This document shows, one piece after another, positions 32,344 through 34,703 of a stretch of DNA of 34,703 nt. Each line of letters opens with the position of its first letter. Position 1 is the first letter of the stretch. The position numbers were made by a program, and so were the translations under genes. The notes below the pieces were generated by a model, which was given only the letters and a program-made list of their open reading frames with translations, had not been told where the DNA came from and did not search any database. Source of the DNA: Thelocarpon superellum (lineage: Eukaryota); contig JAPEUG010000168.1 of the NCBI GenBank assembly GCA_026025795.1, positions 1 to 34,703 of the forward strand, given 5' to 3'.

Positions 32344-33836
32344 ATGTCCTTGTCACGATCACCCTCCCCCCAACCTGGCGGCGGCTGGTCGAGTCCCGGC
32401 CTAGTCGCGCCTTACAACACCGCCAGTGGACGGGCTACCCCGACCACGGCGAACGGTGGTCCCACCACCGTGACTTGGGCCTCGGCCAAGGCGAAGAGTG
32501 ACGAGATCAATGGCTACCCAGCCTTCTCCACCCGTCACGATGGCTTCTTTGGCCGGCATTACCGCAGCCTATCCAACAGTCTGCCACGCTTCAGCTTAGG
32601 TGGACGGCGGGACTTTGCCGACAAAGAGAAGCTCGGCCGCGGCCGATGGTCCCCGAATGGGGGCGGCCGTCTGGGGCGTCTGCGGACGCTGCTGGGCGGC
32701 ATCCTACGTCGCATGCGATTACGCGTGCTCCTCCTCCTGGGCCTACTCCTCACCATCTCTCTCTTCTATCTGACCCGTAAGTCGTCCTCCGCGCCGCTGT
32801 CCCCCAAGCCCCCGCTGAGACTTCTATCAGCGATGCACCACCTCTACCTCCGCACCGGCTTCCTGGGAGGGGGCAACAAGTTTGTCATCATCTTGGCCGC
32901 CAACGAGGGCGGCGGTGTGATGGAGTGGAAAGGGCCGCGAGAATGGGCGATTGAGCGGGACAGTGTCAAAAACAAGAAGAAGTATGCGAAGAAATGGGGC
33001 TATGACTTGGAGATTGTCGACATGAGCACGAAAAAGCGTTATGCGCACGAGTGGCGGGAGAGCTGGGAGAAGGTGGACACGATGCGCAACTGCCTGAAGA
33101 AATATCCCAACGCCCAATGGTACGTGATCGGGAGCGGGGAGTGGCCGGCGTGTCGGGGCTAACGAATCGCAGGTTCTGGTGGATGGATCTCAATACTTTC
33201 ATCATGGAGCCCTCCTACTCCCTTCAGTCCCACATCTTCAACGAGCTTGGCAAGAACACCTACCGAGACATCAACATCTACAATCCCCTCAACATCACCC
33301 ATCCCATGGACAGCCTGCAGCTAGATGACCTCTCGCGATCGCGCGACGGCGATGGGAAGGACGGCTCGATCGACCTGATCGTACCACAAGACTGCGGCGG
33401 CTTCAACCTGGGCTCGTTCTTCATGCGTCGAAGTGCGTGGACGGACCGGCTGCTGGACATCTGGTGGGACCCCGTGGGCTACGAGCAGAAGCACATGGAG
33501 TGGGAGCACAAGGAGCAGGATGCGCTAGAGTATCTCTACACCAACCAAGCCTGGGTGCGTCCCCACACGGCCTTCATCCCGCAACGCAAGATCAACAGCT
33601 TCCCGCCGGGGGCGTGTTCGGAAAACGGACCGGATCCGCGCTTCCATTACAACGAGAAGGACCGCGACTTCGTCGTCAACATGGCGGGCTGCGGCTGGGG
33701 CCGCGATTGTTGGGGAGAGATGTACAGCTATCGCGAGCTGAGCAACAAGCTTAACCGCACGTGGTGGGAGAAGTTCAAGGACTGGATCAGCGATACGGTC
33801 AAGCACCTGCGACAGGGCGGGTCCCAGGGCACGTAA
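32344..33836 (+). CDS. MNN10: Alpha-1,6-mannosyltransferase Mnn10 (GT34), ~461 aa; exons 32344-32776, 32831-33119, 33173-33836
   Basis: MSLSRSPSPQPGGGWSSPGL start and a type II TM. Family motifs are ILAANEGGGVMEWKG, KKRYAHEWRESWEK, QDCGGFNLGSFF, WEHKEQDALE and FVVNMAGCGWGRDCW. 1386 nt in frame. Confidence 0.95.
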
Positions 33837-33877
33837 GCCATCGAGGGTCGCCGCGCGAGGGTCGGACCTCGATGCAT

Positions 33878-33950
33878 GGGATACAGGGAACAGGACGCAG
33901 GACACAGGACACAGGACGCGGGACACAGGATGCGGGACACGGGACACGGG
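33878..33950 (+). repeat. Heptamer minisatellite (CAGGACA / CGGGACA variants), ~10 units, in the MNN10 3' region
   Basis: caggacg caggaca caggaca caggacg cgggaca caggatg cgggaca cgggaca cgggg. Confidence 0.85.
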
Positions 33951-34703
33951 GCGTCGTGTGCATTCATCTTTTTTGCCAATATCTACGTCTATGGTCATCT
34001 GTCGGCTTCTATCGTCTTTTTCGCCTCTTTGCCTCGTCCGCCTCCTTCCCTTCCTTTCGACTCCTTCCGCCTCCGCTTGAGCTCCCATCCTCTCGATCTG
34101 CGGCCAGCTCGGGGCGCTGACGTTGGAACGTCGTGATGACGGCTCCCTGCGGCCGAGACTTGGAGCGCAGCGGGAAGGAGGGTTGGGAGGGAGGCAAAGT
34201 CTCTATTGCGCCAAGCGATTCGTGGATTTGGAATACCCTTTTCCGTTTTATCTTCGACGCATGGGCGGATGGCGGACGACGGACGGCGACGGGCTACTTT
34301 TTCACATGTCGCAATGACCGTCCGCTGTCATATTATAACACGCGGCCTTGCACGTTATCCGCATATTCGTGGTCACAAAGTGAACAAGGGGCCTCGGATG
34401 GGCCATTGTAGAGGATTGTTCCTGTCACAGACTGCGACGTATAGGGTATAAGACGGGTGCATTCAACCATCCTCTGGCTTGTGCAACGACGTGGTGCATT
34501 CCGCTCCTGACTTTGGACCATCGCTTTGCCAGCGTTTCGGTCACTCTGACACGAGGCGCAGCAACATGTGCTTCTACAAGTGCATCATCTCTACAACGTG
34601 CGGCCATGCTGCTTAGCGTTCCAAGATTCCGCATTGTGCACTGTGCTCTGAGGCGCTCAACGCGCCGACCGGCGGCGATCCCAACGCCGGGTGCGACCAC
34701 TGC

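Noticed and set aside
1..34703. Stop-codon readthrough (TGA-CTA) or cryptic PTS1 extensions; tRNA/rRNA genes
   Set aside because: None of the ten stop codons has the readthrough context, and I recognised no cloverleaf or rRNA-like sequence by eye.

Overview
Gene-dense, GC-rich DNA from a filamentous ascomycete (Pezizomycotina-type genes, short introns of mostly 50-70 nt with CTRAY branch points). I reconstructed ten multi-exon genes by hand. In order: a 10-exon laccase-type multicopper oxidase (-), Pho88/Snd3 (+), a Zn2Cys6 transcription factor (-) divergent from an ABCG half-transporter (+), Rad14/XPA (+), striatin (+), PIG-P/Gpi19 (-), a membrane-anchored histidine acid phosphatase (+), a large uncharacterised type II membrane protein (-) and Mnn10 (+). 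Two weak orphan ORFs lie in the 28-32 kb gap. The most unusual non-coding structure is between the ABC transporter and RAD14: a degenerate tandem array of ~160-bp units built from alternating inverted ~33-bp arms. A near-perfect 100-bp palindromic element (43-bp arms, TAC...GTA ends, 6-bp target-site duplication TGCTAC) has inserted into one arm. Notable splicing features are a 6-nt laccase microexon inside the HWHG copper motif whose skipping creates a TGA, three striatin introns that are all 3n and stop-free, and GC-AG introns. All exon models come from sequence motifs and reading-frame consistency only; no RNA or database evidence was available.
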